Source of the DNA: the human T2T-CHM13v2.0 reference genome, Homo sapiens
DNA: 64,000 nt
NCBI RefSeq assembly: GCF_009914755.1
Contig: NC_060930.1
Direction: 5' to 3' (one strand)
Every line of letters starts with the position of its first letter. Positions within the stretch are counted from its first letter, which is position 1. Both the position numbers and the translations under genes were made by a program. Under the pieces are notes generated by a model, which was given only the letters and a program-made list of their open reading frames with translations, searched no databases and was not told the origin of the DNA. Of the stretch, positions 31,340 to 43,425 are shown in pieces.

Positions 31340-31580
31340 ACCCTGGTTCCCCACTCAGTCCATCAGCATTCCATCCTGCTCTTTTTGTCCAATCCCCTTT
31401 CTACACAGCTGTCCATACTTTGTTGAACCTAAGCATAGACATAGACAACTTCCCCAGTACCCTTGGGTTTTCATTCTGGAGGCTCCTGTGTATACACATT
31501 AAATACATTTATCTTTTCTCCTGTTAATCAATCGGCCTCATGCCAGAGATTTCTCAGTGAAGCTTTAGGGGCCATGAAGT
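31340..31580 (+). mobile_element. MER34/MER39-like LTR 3' part
   Basis: CTTGGGTTTTCATTCTGGAGGCTCCTGTGT..ATTAAATACATTT..TTTTCTCCTGTTAATC. Confidence 0.65.
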
Positions 31581-32206
31581 TGAGACCGGTGACCTGATGG
31601 GAGAGCGAAGGCAGCACTCTGTCGTCATCCACATCACTGCATATCTCAGCACCACATTCACATCTTCTGCCAACACTGACATGAAGATCAGCGCTGAGGG
31701 GGACAAGGAGTCACAAATGAGCAGTGTTTCCCCTAGAGGGTTGGAGGTGGTGGGAGGAGAGGGTTCCAGGGTGGGGGCTGCAGCCATCTGTGCAGGGGGT
31801 GCAGTACCTTGCTCTCTGGACTCGGTGATATTAGGGTGGCCTTGGAGTAGGTGAGTGGGTGCTGCTATCCACGTATGCCAGGAAGAGGACCTGAGCGTGT
31901 TTACTTTTTGTCATAATAAGTTGCTGAAACAACTGCCCCTCCTTCTCAGTCCTTTAGTCCATCCCTAAGGGAAGGAGTGAGGGCCCCCCACCATTTGCCA
32001 AACAGGAGCTTTGCTTGGACACTCAGGGCCGGTGCACCTGCACTCTGACTCCCAACAAGGAAGTGTGGGGTATCTGTAAGTTTCTGTGGTTGCAGATGAG
32101 TTTCTGTTTCCCTTGCCCTCAGCCAGCCTCTCGGGAGGTCAAGGTTCTTTACTAGGTGGAGAGCCAAACTTTCATTCTCCGGTTCTCTGAGTCCTGTCTG
32201 TGTGAG

Positions 32207-32562
32207 TGCTGTGGGCTGAATGTGTTCCCCAAAATTCATATGTTGAAGCCCTCACCCCCAAGGCTTGATGGTATTAGAAAGTGGGAAGTGCAGGAGGTGA
32301 TTAGGTCATGGGGGCAGAGCCTCATGAATGGGATTGGGGCCTTAATAAAGGAGGCTCAAGAGAGTCGGCTCATCCCTTCCACCATGTGCGGACACAGGGA
32401 GAAGGTGCTATCTATAAACCAGGAAGTGGCCCTCACCAGACACCCAATCTGCAGCACCTTGATCTCAGACTTCCAGGCCCAGAACCGTGAAGGCTGAACT
32501 TCTGCTGTTCATAAAGCCACATGGTCAAAGGTACTTTGTTATAGCAGTCTGAACAGACGAAT
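32207..32562 (+). mobile_element. MaLR solo LTR (MLT1A-like)
   Basis: TGCTGTGGGCTGAATGTGTTCCCCAAAATTCATATGTTGAAGCCCT...TTTGTTATAGCAG. Confidence 0.9.
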
Positions 32563-33030
32563 GCCGTAACAGTGTACCCCAGATTGGGCAGCTTAAGCAA
32601 CAGACATTTATTGTCTCAGTTTTGAAGGCCAGGCCTCTGAGGTCCAGATGTCAGCAGGGCTGGTTCCTGCTGAGGCCACGAGGCAAGGATCTGTTCTAGG
32701 CCCCTCTCTTAGGCTTGCACCTTGCTGACTTCCCCAAATGTGCGTTTGTGTATCTGTATCCAAATTTTCTTCTCTTTCAAGGACACCAGTCATATTGGAT
32801 ATTAGGACTACACTCAATTTCTTTCAAGGACACCAGTCATATTGGATATTAGGACTACACTCAATTTCTTTCAAGGACACCAGTCATATTGGATATTAGG
32901 ACTACACTCATGACCTCATTTTAACCTGATCATCTGCAAAGACCCTATTTCCAAGTAAGGACACATGCACAGATACTGGGGGTCAGGACCTTGACATCTT
33001 TTGGGTGGGGGGCACATTCAGCCTATAATA
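32563..33030 (-). mobile_element. MaLR solo LTR (MLT1B/C-like), tail-to-tail with the preceding LTR
   Basis: CAACAGACATTTATTGTCTCAG..AAGGACACCAGTCATATTGGAT..ATCTGCAAAGACCCTATTTCCAA. Confidence 0.88.
32774..32910. repeat. 47-bp perfect tandem repeat x2.9 inside the MLT1 LTR
   Basis: CTTTCAAGGACACCAGTCATATTGGATATTAGGACTACACTCAATTT at 32774, 32821 and 32868 (last copy 43 bp). Confidence 0.97.
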
Positions 33031-34955
33031 ATTCTGTTCTAATCATCCTCTAATCATCTTCCATTCACCTTTTCCATTGCACATGGCGGTGCCTCCAGGG
33101 ATCTTCCCCACCAAAACGTCTGTCTACTTATATTGCTTCTGGCTCCACTTTGTAGAGAAACCCTATTTTCTCCATGGCAGCCAAGGGCAAGTCCCTCAGC
33201 CTGCAAAGTGACCCTCCATGGGGCCTTTGCAGAGCAGCATGGGCAGCCTCAGTGGGCACCACAGTGGCAGCCTCAGCTCCAGACTTGTTGGAAGCACGAT
33301 GGTGTTCCAGGTGGAAGGACTCTGCCTTGGGAACTAAAGTCTTGGAGACCCCAGAGATTCAGGAATGGGATGCAGCAATTTTGAGGATGTTTTAGCAGAT
33401 GTAATTTCATGAAGAATTACCCTCTTTTGGTTCCTGGAACCATGAATTCTAGCCATGGATATTGACTTGGAACATTTGTGTGTGATTCAGAGAGCATCGT
33501 AACATTTCAATGTGCTGTGCCCCAGTTATCCTATAAAGAAGTCTTCCATAGTTGATTCCAGCATTCTTTAATGCCAATCACTTGGGCTTGATGAGGACGG
33601 GATAAGCCTGCTGGCTGTCACCACATGGCTTTGCCCCTTTCATGGGGAGCTGGATTTCTCGGAAGCTACATTCAGTGGGATATCATCACGGTCATCACGG
33701 CATTCAGGGACTCTGCTGAGATGAGCAGAGGCACAACAGGCAGGAAAAGCAAATCTGAACTCAGAATCATGGTCTATTGTAGTGAGAGCAGAGATCTGCC
33801 CTTCCATGCTGGAAGAAGCCCATGTGGTCGGCCTGACTCCAGGCAGCTGTCTGGTGTTTCCCACGTTGCAGTACCACAGCAGGGGCTCAGGTTTGGCAAG
33901 CTGAGCAAAGGTGTTAGTCAATCTTGGTGAAGGGAAGCCCAATCATAACTGAATCCCCTGCCTTGCCCGCTGGCATGGCTAGCAATAGGGGCCAGCTGGC
34001 ACGGTCGGAGCAGAGCCTGCTGTTCCAGTGATTCCGTAGTGGGCCTCTCCTGGAGGGCATTGCATGGGATGATTTTTTTGTGTTGGACCCATTTGAAGAG
34101 CAGCAGTCCATCCACACACACCCTTCTCCAACCTCCCTGACACTCGTTCCCCATCCTGAGCATCTCTCTGGTGAAGCCACTGACCCTGAGCAGGTATGAA
34201 CTGAGGTTCTCACAGGAGGCCCTGGCAGGCCAACCATCATGTGTGCTCATCTTTCCTGAGGTGATCTTTCTCCTCTATTGTGCCTTAGAATGGTCTGAAC
34301 TGGGCTGTGTGTCCACTTCCAGCTCGGGCCAGCACAGTGCACTGTGAACTCTATGAGGCCAAGTCTTCTCATCCTCATCAATTTGCACAGAAAATGCCCA
34401 TGGAGCCATGGGCTTGGGTTGAGATAGAGCTAAACATGCTGGAAATGTGAGCAAACTGTGTATGCAACCGATGCTTCCAGGCCTGCTCAGGTCCAGGCCT
34501 GAGTGTGCTACTTAATTGATGATGAAGTGGGGTTAAGTGTGCCCAACTGTAAGACCACATGGGTCATGTAATACCTTGGGCATGCTGTGCATGATCAGCA
34601 ACTCAGGCTCACTCATGTTTGGTCTTCAGTGGACAGGCCATAAATACCAACAAGAGCTTGACCCCCAGATCCAGGGACCTGCTCTGTGATTTCCCAATCG
34701 GGGCCTCCTTAGTCTCCTTTTGATGTTTCCCCCTTGTGCCCCATAGCCTCATGCTAGGGATCCTGATCCACAGAAGCCACTTGGGGCTCACAGCACCTCT
34801 GGTCATCAGAGCCTGGGAGCAGGGTTATCTAGCCTGGGCCACTCTGGGAATTCTCATCTTGTCCTCAGACCCACTGAAAGCTGGCATCTTTTCAAGTCAT
34901 CCAGTAAATGGTTTGAATAAGATAATCAAATACGTTGCTTAAAAATCCAAAGAAG

Positions 34956-35078
34956 GACTGGGTGCAGTGGCTTACACCTAACATCCCAGAAGTATCACTT
35001 GAGCTCAGGAGTTCAAGACCAACCTGGACAACATGGTGAGACCCTGTCTCTAAAAAAAATTTAAAAATTTAAAAAAAA
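34956..35078 (+). mobile_element. FLAM/Alu left monomer with internal deletion
   Basis: GACTGGGTGCAGTGGCTTACACCT..TCAGGAGTTCAAGACCAACCTGG..; flanking repeat CCAAAGAAG. Confidence 0.85.
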
Positions 35079-36171
35079 CCAAAGAAGCCTTGACAGAGTT
35101 CAGCCTTCTTAATTGTAAGGAATTTCAATTCTAGATGCTTGGATCTGTGGGAACAACTCCAAGAACACAGGCCCCTTTGAGGCTAGAGGATTTATTTCCC
35201 ACCCTCTGACCCATGTGTGTCTTTTCAAAACAACACAACTTTCTAATCCTGTTTTCTCAGCAATGAAAGCTTCACTGTAGTGCCCAGTGTGACGTCTGAG
35301 AGGCTGCCCCCTGACTAGCACTCTTCCTTTCCATGGACACAGATGACTAAATTACCCCAGTTGGTAAAAAGGCCAGTGAGCCAGTATAAGGAGAAGAGCT
35401 GAACACCTCCCTCCAACTTCACACTTACTGGGAGAGCTTCAGAAGCTCTCACTGGGATGTGAAGCATGGAAAGACACATTTCTAGAGAAACGAGGTCTCA
35501 TGCATTAGTGTGGAGCTTGGAGCTTGGGGATATCTGATACCTGGTGTTTGCTGCTTGCATGCTGCTATTCCCCAGTTTCTAGCATCGCTCTTGGCCCCTA
35601 AGCCACACTTCTCTTTCCACTTGGGGTGCCTGATTATGAAATTCACTCCTCTAAAGCCCCTCTAGCGTATGTCTAAATCATGCAATAGACTTTTACTTAA
35701 TGTGTGGGGATGGTGGAGGGCTGGCTATGTTGTAGCAAAGGCCAGGACAACCTGAAACTAAATATGAGAAATTTCTACCTCTAAATTCCTGTTATTATAT
35801 TATGCCAGTAATATCTCCCCAACTCCAGCCTAGATTGACCTGTGGGCCTACATTAGCAGATTCAAAAGCATCCATTAGCAGATAATCCTTATCAATAAGG
35901 AACAGATAAGCCCACAATTTCTTCCCTTATTTATTGTACCACCCAAGGATACCCAAGAAACTTATTAGTTCTTGCTTACCATTTTCACTTTTCCGCAAAT
36001 ATAGTACTCAGTAAAGAGGCAGAGACTGGCAGCACTGGTTATTATCTGGGCTCTGACTATACTGAGTGTGAGCTTGCTGACTAAATATCAGAGTATTAGA
36101 ATGGACTTGGTGTGTGAGTAAAGTAAGTGGGGGTTAAAAGGAATGAAGTGCTGCATTCATAGATGATAGTA

Positions 36172-36251
36172 TTAGGTTGGTGCAGATGTAATTGCTGTTT
36201 TTGCCATTACTTTTAATAGCAAAAAACTCAACTATGTTTGCACCAACCTAA
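36172..36251. mobile_element. MADE1 mariner (Hsmar1-derived) MITE, complete 80 bp
   Basis: TTAGGTTGGTGCA...TGCACCAACCTAA terminal inverted repeats flanked by TA at 36170-36171 and 36252-36253. Confidence 0.95.
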
Positions 36252-37656
36252 TAAAATTTCATAATTAATTTTCCTGAGAAGTGGCAGGGACAAAATTAAC
36301 AAACATAATGGACAATTTAAGTAAATTATGGTGTTAAAAACCACCATCGATTTTTATAGGAAGCAAGGGTTTTGATGAACAGTGTTCTTACATTTGTAGT
36401 TGACACCAAGGACAATGACATCCCGTCCTGACATAGTCCTTGGAACCAAGTTAGAGACAATGCCCTGGGTTGGATAAACCCCATGTCTGAAACCAGATGG
36501 GGAGCATCCCGCTGCCTTTTAACTAATCTGTCATTGGGCCACCGCTAGAATGTTCTGGGGACCGAGTAATCTTTGGGGGGTTAGAAGGCAATGCAATACA
36601 TGTATCGCCCCGCCCTCAGTCCCCAGCCCCTTCTCTGTCTTACTCAGTTGGCTAAACCACAGCCCTTGTTGAATTCACCTCTCCTCCTACTCAGCTACTG
36701 CACCTACATAACTGAATGTGTCTGAAAAGAGATGAGAACATCGTGGCGACTGCTTCATTTTAAGTTTATGGCTGCTGACTGGGCAGTTAGAATTTTCTAG
36801 CCCCTTGCTTCTCCCTCTTCCTGGATGGCTGATTTATTCCTTTTCCCTTTTTCTTAAAACTAGGATGCCTCTTTTTCCATCTTCCCCCTCAGCAGATGCC
36901 TTGGTTTCCTATTTCCCTAAGAAGATAGGAGCAATCAGAAGAGAGCCCCCATGGCCGCTCACCAACGCACCCACCTGTCTCCTGGCCTCTGTGACCCCGG
37001 GATCCGCCTCCTCACCTGCCACCAGGGAGACTAGCCCCATCCCTGACACAGCCCCTTCTCCAGGGGGTGCACTGAATGCCTGCCCCTTTGTCTACTCTAC
37101 AGACACTTCTCCCTTCTTTTTCCTTCACAGTCAGCATTTTCCTCTTTATGGGGTCATCCTTACCAATATGACCTGATCTTAAACAAAATATGTTTTGCTC
37201 CAGTGTCATCTCCAGCTGAGACCCATGTCTGTTTCTCTCCACACAGCCTCCCTGGAATAAATGTTTGCATTCTCTCCTGTGTTTATCCCTCTCCCAGCCA
37301 GGTATCCTCCCACACCACTCCATGCCATTAAGCGTGACCACACGTGGCATGAGAAGCTCATCTGGTTGCCAGGTGTGTGCCAGGTGGGGCGGGGCCCAGA
37401 TGTGCCCACTTTGGGGGTCTCCAAGTCCTCGAGGGCTGCAGGGTGGGGGCTCCGCAGCTTGGTCTTACTCCGAGACCACAATGATCTCCAAGTTGCTACA
37501 TACGGTGGTCAATTTTCAGTTTTGTGCTGCTTGTGATCAGCAGCATTGACATAGCCAACGTTCTCTCCATCTGGAGGTGCCTGCTCCTCTTGGCCGTCTG
37601 CTCTCACTGCCTCGGTGCCCTAGCTGGTGGCTCCTCAGTGCACACCTCCTGCCTGA

Positions 37657-38032
<376 letters not shown>

Positions 38033-38033
38033 T

Positions 38034-38608
38034 AGTCTTTATTTTTAATTGACAAGTAATAATTGTACATATTTATGGTGTACATAGTGATATTTCAATA
38101 GCTGTAATGTACAGTGATTAGAGGAGGGTAATTGGCATATCCATCACCTCAAACATTTATCATTTCTTTGTTTTGGGAAAGTTCAATATCCTCCTTCTAG
38201 CCATTTGCAGTGATATGATATAAACTCTGGTCATCCTGCAGTGGCCTGGAACATGAGGACTTATTCTTCCTGTCTAGTTGTGATCTTGTGTCCTTTCACA
38301 AAACCATCCCTATCCTCTTCCCCCTCCCCTTCCCAGCCTCTAGCATCCTCTGTTCTACTTTTTGCTTCTATGAGATCCACTGTTTTTTAGCTTCCACACA
38401 TGAATGAGAACATGAGGTATTTAACTTTCTCTCCCTGGCTTAACTTAGCATAACGTCCTCCAGTTCCACCCATCCTGCGGAGCATGCCAGGAGTTCCTTC
38501 TGCTTTCTGGCTGGGTAGCATTCCACGGGTATAGACAGCACATTTTCCTTACCCATTCCTCTGCCAATGCACACGTCGGTTGGTTCCATGTCTTGGCTCT
38601 TGTGAATA
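38034..38608 (-). mobile_element. L1MA 3' end fragment
   Basis: AATAATTGTACATATTTATGG..CCATCACCTCAAACATTTATCATTTCTTTG..; possible TSD TGCACTGGAATCTTC / TGCACTGGGATGTTC. Confidence 0.88.
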
Positions 38609-39484
38609 TGCACTGGGATGTTCTAGTGGCTGCTTTAATGTCTCAATTTGCTAACCGGCTTCCTGTGAACACTGCCTCCCACCCCAGACCCACCTCCTCC
38701 TCATATTCCCAGCGCATTGAATGAGCAGCTTTCACTGCACAGGGCAGACACCTGGACCCATCCTCTGTGCTTGTTCTTTTGTCAAATCTCACATCCAGTC
38801 TGCCAGTAAATCCTGTTGAGTTTGTTTCCAAAATATTCCCCTCATATCCTACCCGGGTGGTCTTCTTAATTCTGCCTGAAATCCCTTGAATCCGTTTTCA
38901 ACACTGCTGCCAAAGTGATCTTAGAATGGAAGTCAGATAATGTCACTCCGAAGTCTTAGTAACATCCCGTCTCCCCTGGAGGAGGCAAAGTCACTGTGGT
39001 GGACTGTGAGGCCCTGCGACCGGCCCCTCACCTCTGACTACAGCTCTCATCCCTCCCTGGCTCACCTCACCCTCACTGAGCTCCTTCATTGCTTTGAATA
39101 TGTCAGGCAAATTCTGCATCAAGGACTTCACCCAAAGTGCTTTTCCTCCAGGTACACATGTGGCTCACTCCTTCCCCTCTTCTGGGGCTCTATTTAAATG
39201 CCACATTCTCAGTGAAACCTCCCCTGTTCACCCTCATTGAAATTGCAGCTGCCTCAGTTGCACCTCCCTGCTTGATTTTTCTCCACGGTATTGGCCAACT
39301 TCCATACTACGTATCTTTTCATTCATTTTTTTTTTGGTTGTTACCTGTGTTCCATGACTAAAATGGAAACCCCAGGAGGCCAAGACTTTTACTTGTTTTA
39401 GTCACTGCCGTATCCCTTGTGCCTGGAGCAGTGCCCAGCACGCGGTGGGCATGAGGAAGTGTTTACCGGAGGAATCGCTGGACT

Positions 39485-39700
39485 GCCGTGTGGTACAAAG
39501 AGGACGTGGAAGACCTAGGGCTTATTTTCTGAATTCACTACTCCTGGCTCATACATTCTTGGGAAGTTACTCAACGCGTTTTGTGCTGGTTTCTTTCCAT
39601 CTGCAAAATGAAGGTCACAATGTCCATTCTCCCAAAATTGTTTGTCAGGATTAAATGAAGTAATAAACATGAAAAGTACTTTCTAAATTGTATTACACAT
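39485..39700 (+). mobile_element. MIR
   Basis: GGGAAGTTACTCAAC..CATCTGCAAAATG..AGGATTAAATGAAGTAAT. Confidence 0.7.
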
Positions 39701-40454
39701 GCATTAATTAACATTTAACAATGCTATTTATAATCATTTGAAAAAGGAAGGAGAGGGGTGGATGACCTAGAGTTGTAGACTCTCACTTCTGTCCCTGCAG
39801 AAGCCGTTGGCGTTTCCTATCAAGCAACAATTTTGGACTTTCCTTAGGGGATTTGTAGCTTGCTTATTATAGACCTAAGTGGAGAAGGTAACCTAGATTT
39901 CCCCTTAAATTACGAGGTTGTTCTTAAGCTGAGCGCTGACAGTTGCCTTGGGAGTATGGAAACTTAGGGGTTTCTGCGTCCTCAAATTGGTCAAGTTGTG
40001 ACACGTGGCCACAGATTGTAGAAAATGGCTAACAAAACAACATGAGTATTTTGAGGGTGGAATTTCTCCTTTATGCTTAGGGTATGCCTTCTTTTGTGGC
40101 TGCCACTGACCTGCAGTGGGATATTGGTGAGATACTGATTCTCTATTCACTGTGTCTTTACTCATAAAGCATATATCATATGGTATTTTCAGGTTTTTTT
40201 ATTCTCTTAAGAAAACTGTAGAGCCTTTCAGAGAACTTTACAATCATTTGAATTAATTTGTAATTTCCAAGAAGAATCAAGAAATATTCCACAGATCAAT
40301 AATTCTGAAACAAAGAAAAATTTACGTCTGAAATTGAAATTACCAAGTGACCTAGTTACATCAACCCATCTTCCTTCCTCCACCTTATTTGTCTCCTTTC
40401 TGTGATCTGAAGTGTGTGCTGAGGAATAAAACTTGTGGTAAGGAGGGCAGCCCA

Positions 40455-40673
40455 GCACACCACCCAGTGTATGGGTGAAGGAGGCAGCAGTGTGGCCGGA
40501 GAGGAGAGCTGGGCTGGGAGCACAGGAAGGTCCCCAGGACTCTGTGGTCATCAGTAAGAGAGGGCCCACGTGTATATGCTGGTGAACAGAAATGTCAACC
40601 TTTTCAAAGTCTGACATTTAAGAGAAAAAACTGTGGCTGTTGGTTTGTGGAACAGACAGCTCCTTCTTTATTG
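40455..40673 (+). other. Candidate non-coding first (5'UTR/lncRNA) exon; start approximate
   Basis: Unique GC-richer block in AT-rich surroundings ending in consensus donor TTG|GTAAGT (40674-40679); E-box CACGTG at 40567-40572; only short uORFs. Confidence 0.45.
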
Positions 40674-40849
40674 GTAAGTTTTTTTTTTGTCTTGGAACTT
40701 AGAAAATATTGTATTTCTTTTGTCTCAATAATTGTTTTATGCTTTGGAGGTAATAGAGTATTACAAAAGTTTATGTTATCAAGTCATGCATTGCGAATAC
40801 TTATTTATTTAGGCTACTTTAGTCATCCCAAAAAGAAAGAAGAGATGCT

Positions 40850-41050
40850 GACCTTTGTTGAGTCTATTATGTGACATGCTCTATTCTAGAGACTTTGGTA
40901 TGTGTTATTTTATGTAATTCTGAAGACAATCCTGGCAGGTAGGTGTGGGGCTATTTTAAAGAGTTAGGGCGGTAAAGTCACACAGCCAGAAGATGGCCAT
41001 GGAGGGTTGGGAGGCAGATTTTTCTGATCCTAGTCTGTGTTCTTTCTATC
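40850..41050 (-). mobile_element. MIR
   Basis: TTTGTTGAGTCTATTATGTG..ACAATCCTGGCAGGTAGG..AAAGTCACACAGC. Confidence 0.7.
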
Positions 41051-42869
41051 TCACAAAGACATTCCATACCATCTGCAAGTCGCTTTTGACTAGCACTCGA
41101 GAAAGAAGTATGGGGACATTGGAAACGCTCTAATAGACCACAACCACCTTTGAAAGAGCAGTCATCTCTATGAGCCATAACTATAAGGAAGAAATGCAGA
41201 TCCCACAGACCAAAATGGAACATGTCTCCCAAACTTCTCACCCTGGGGGCTGTGGCTGCTGCAGAATGGGGGGTGCTGGTGGATCTAACATGAATGAGGC
41301 TCGGTGGAGGGGCTGGCTTTGTGCAGGGAGGTTGGGATGAACAAGGGCAGCAGGCGGCATCACAGGTGAGAAGGACATCCCAGGAGGGAGGAAAGAGCCA
41401 CAGCGTGCTGACGAAGGTGGGATGGGGTGAGGTGGGGGAGACACAGAGAAGCCCAGAGCCAGCCTCGTGGAATACACAGATGTGTCTGGAACGTGTGTCT
41501 CTGGATACACTGATGGGTCTGCTTCAAGAGAATTCTTGATGCTGCAATGCATCAGAAGGAGTTCTAGTGATAGCATTGTCTCCCAAGTGAAAGTGATAAA
41601 CCAGTGACAATCAGTTTCACTGTGTTGTGGGTGAATGCATTTATGTCATTTAACAATACTGCGATTCCATTTGTATAACAATCTCGGATGCACTTGTTGT
41701 AATTTTGCATTATGTCTTCTCTAATTAAACATCTGAACCCTCTGAGGCCTGACTTACCTGGAGCTCTCTTATCTAATAATATCAACCTCTAAGGCAGCCT
41801 GAGAAAGAGGAAATGAACCCAAAGAGACTCTGCACCAAAATAGATACCACGAAGCCTGTACCCAAACTTGGTGTGTTTTTCTCCCAGGGGAGACCCTCAG
41901 GTGCACATTCAGATACACTGGCTCTTATTTTAGGCACAGTTCTGATAAGGGGGGGCTGTTTGGTTTCCCAGCCCAGAGCTTATTGGAAGCAGCACATTCA
42001 GTGGGAATGTCACCTGCTGGAGTCAGGCACGCTGGAAGTGATGAGGAATGGCAGACAGCCAGGTGCAGTCAAGAGGTGGGCTGGAAGAACCCCAAAACAC
42101 AGAGAGGGCAACTCAGTAGACCTCACATGGGCCCATTTAATGCGGAAGCAGATACTGTAGTTCCAAGTATTGGAAGGATCTCAGTGTGGAATTTGGTGTG
42201 CTGCTGCAGATGAGAAAGCACACGTCCCCAGCGGCTCCACGAATGGGGCCCAGGCAGGGTTGGACGACGCCCAGCTCCCCTGGAGACAGCCAGAAATCTC
42301 ATCACATGTCTTAGCAATATTTTCACCCATCAGATCCCAAGTTTTAAATGTTTAAAATGATTAGTTGAAAATTAATTTGGAATAGGCTTCCCCAAGACCA
42401 AAATGTTGGTTGGACATTGCTGTGTTGCTGAGTAAAATACAGTAAATATGCAGCGCATCCTTCAGCGTTCAGATGACTGCGTTAGAGAGGATGGGGCATC
42501 TAGGCAAGACATGCATTCCTCTTTACTTTTTAAAGCACTCCTATTTTGGGGGGTAGAATGAGAAGATGGATAGATGAAGAAAGGGAAAATGGAACAAAGA
42601 AAGGAAAAAGGGCAGGGCAAGGAAGAGGTTCCAGGATAAAATAGACATGAGATCTTATGAGCAGAGATCGTTAGGGCAGGGTGGGTGGACCAGGTCACAC
42701 AACCGTGACAGACACGGCTCTGGGCTCTGACAACCGCATCGCAGCAGACAGGATCAAGATGCAAAGCAGGGCCCTTCGGCAGCCGGCGCATGACCTAGAG
42801 CTGGGTGTAGGAGGACTCTCCGGCAGCTTCTGCCTCTCCCTCCTCACCTTCCCTTGATCGGGCTTATGT

Positions 42870-43425
42870 CATGAGGACGTCATCCTCCCTGTGCTGTCCC
42901 CACCTCCTGCCACACAAGCTGCCTGAAATCCTAGGGGCTGGTGGAGATGGTGGTTTGATGGGTTATAAATCACGTGACTTAGCTGAGACGGTCTAGCTCC
43001 CTCCTGCTCCCAGGTGGTCTTCTGAGCAGTGGTAGACCTCGAGAGGAGTTCAGAATCACAGGACCGCAGGACCCAGCCCTGGTCTATCCACCCAGAACCT
43101 ACATTTGAACCCCAAGGAGAGGCAATTCATAATCACAGTGCACTTGGAAACCCTTCTTCCAGGCATAGGAAACCCCAGTCCAGAGGCATCACTTCATATT
43201 TCGGAGGGGTTACTGCCATTGAGTGGCCTAAATTTCAAACCCTGGCACGGAGATGAGCAGGGCCCCCTTCTCTATGCAGAGCCCCCTGGCCGAGGCCTGC
43301 TGTGACGGCTGCTGTAACCAGCCTGTGGCTCTGACGTCACCGTGCACACGTCACCCTTTTTCATTTCTGTAGCAGTTTATAAGTCAGTGAGGCTGTTCCC
43401 GGCAGACAGAAATGGAAATTAGCAC
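42870..43425. promoter_or_regulatory. Candidate enhancer/promoter: CRE and E-box cluster
   Basis: TGACGTCA 43332-43339; half-CREs at 42876-42882, 43303-43307 and 43348-43353; TCACGTGAC 42970-42978; GAAATGGAAA near 43410. Confidence 0.5.

Noticed and set aside
40228-40617. 129-aa minus-strand ORF over the candidate exon
   Set aside because: No recognisable homology; length is within chance range
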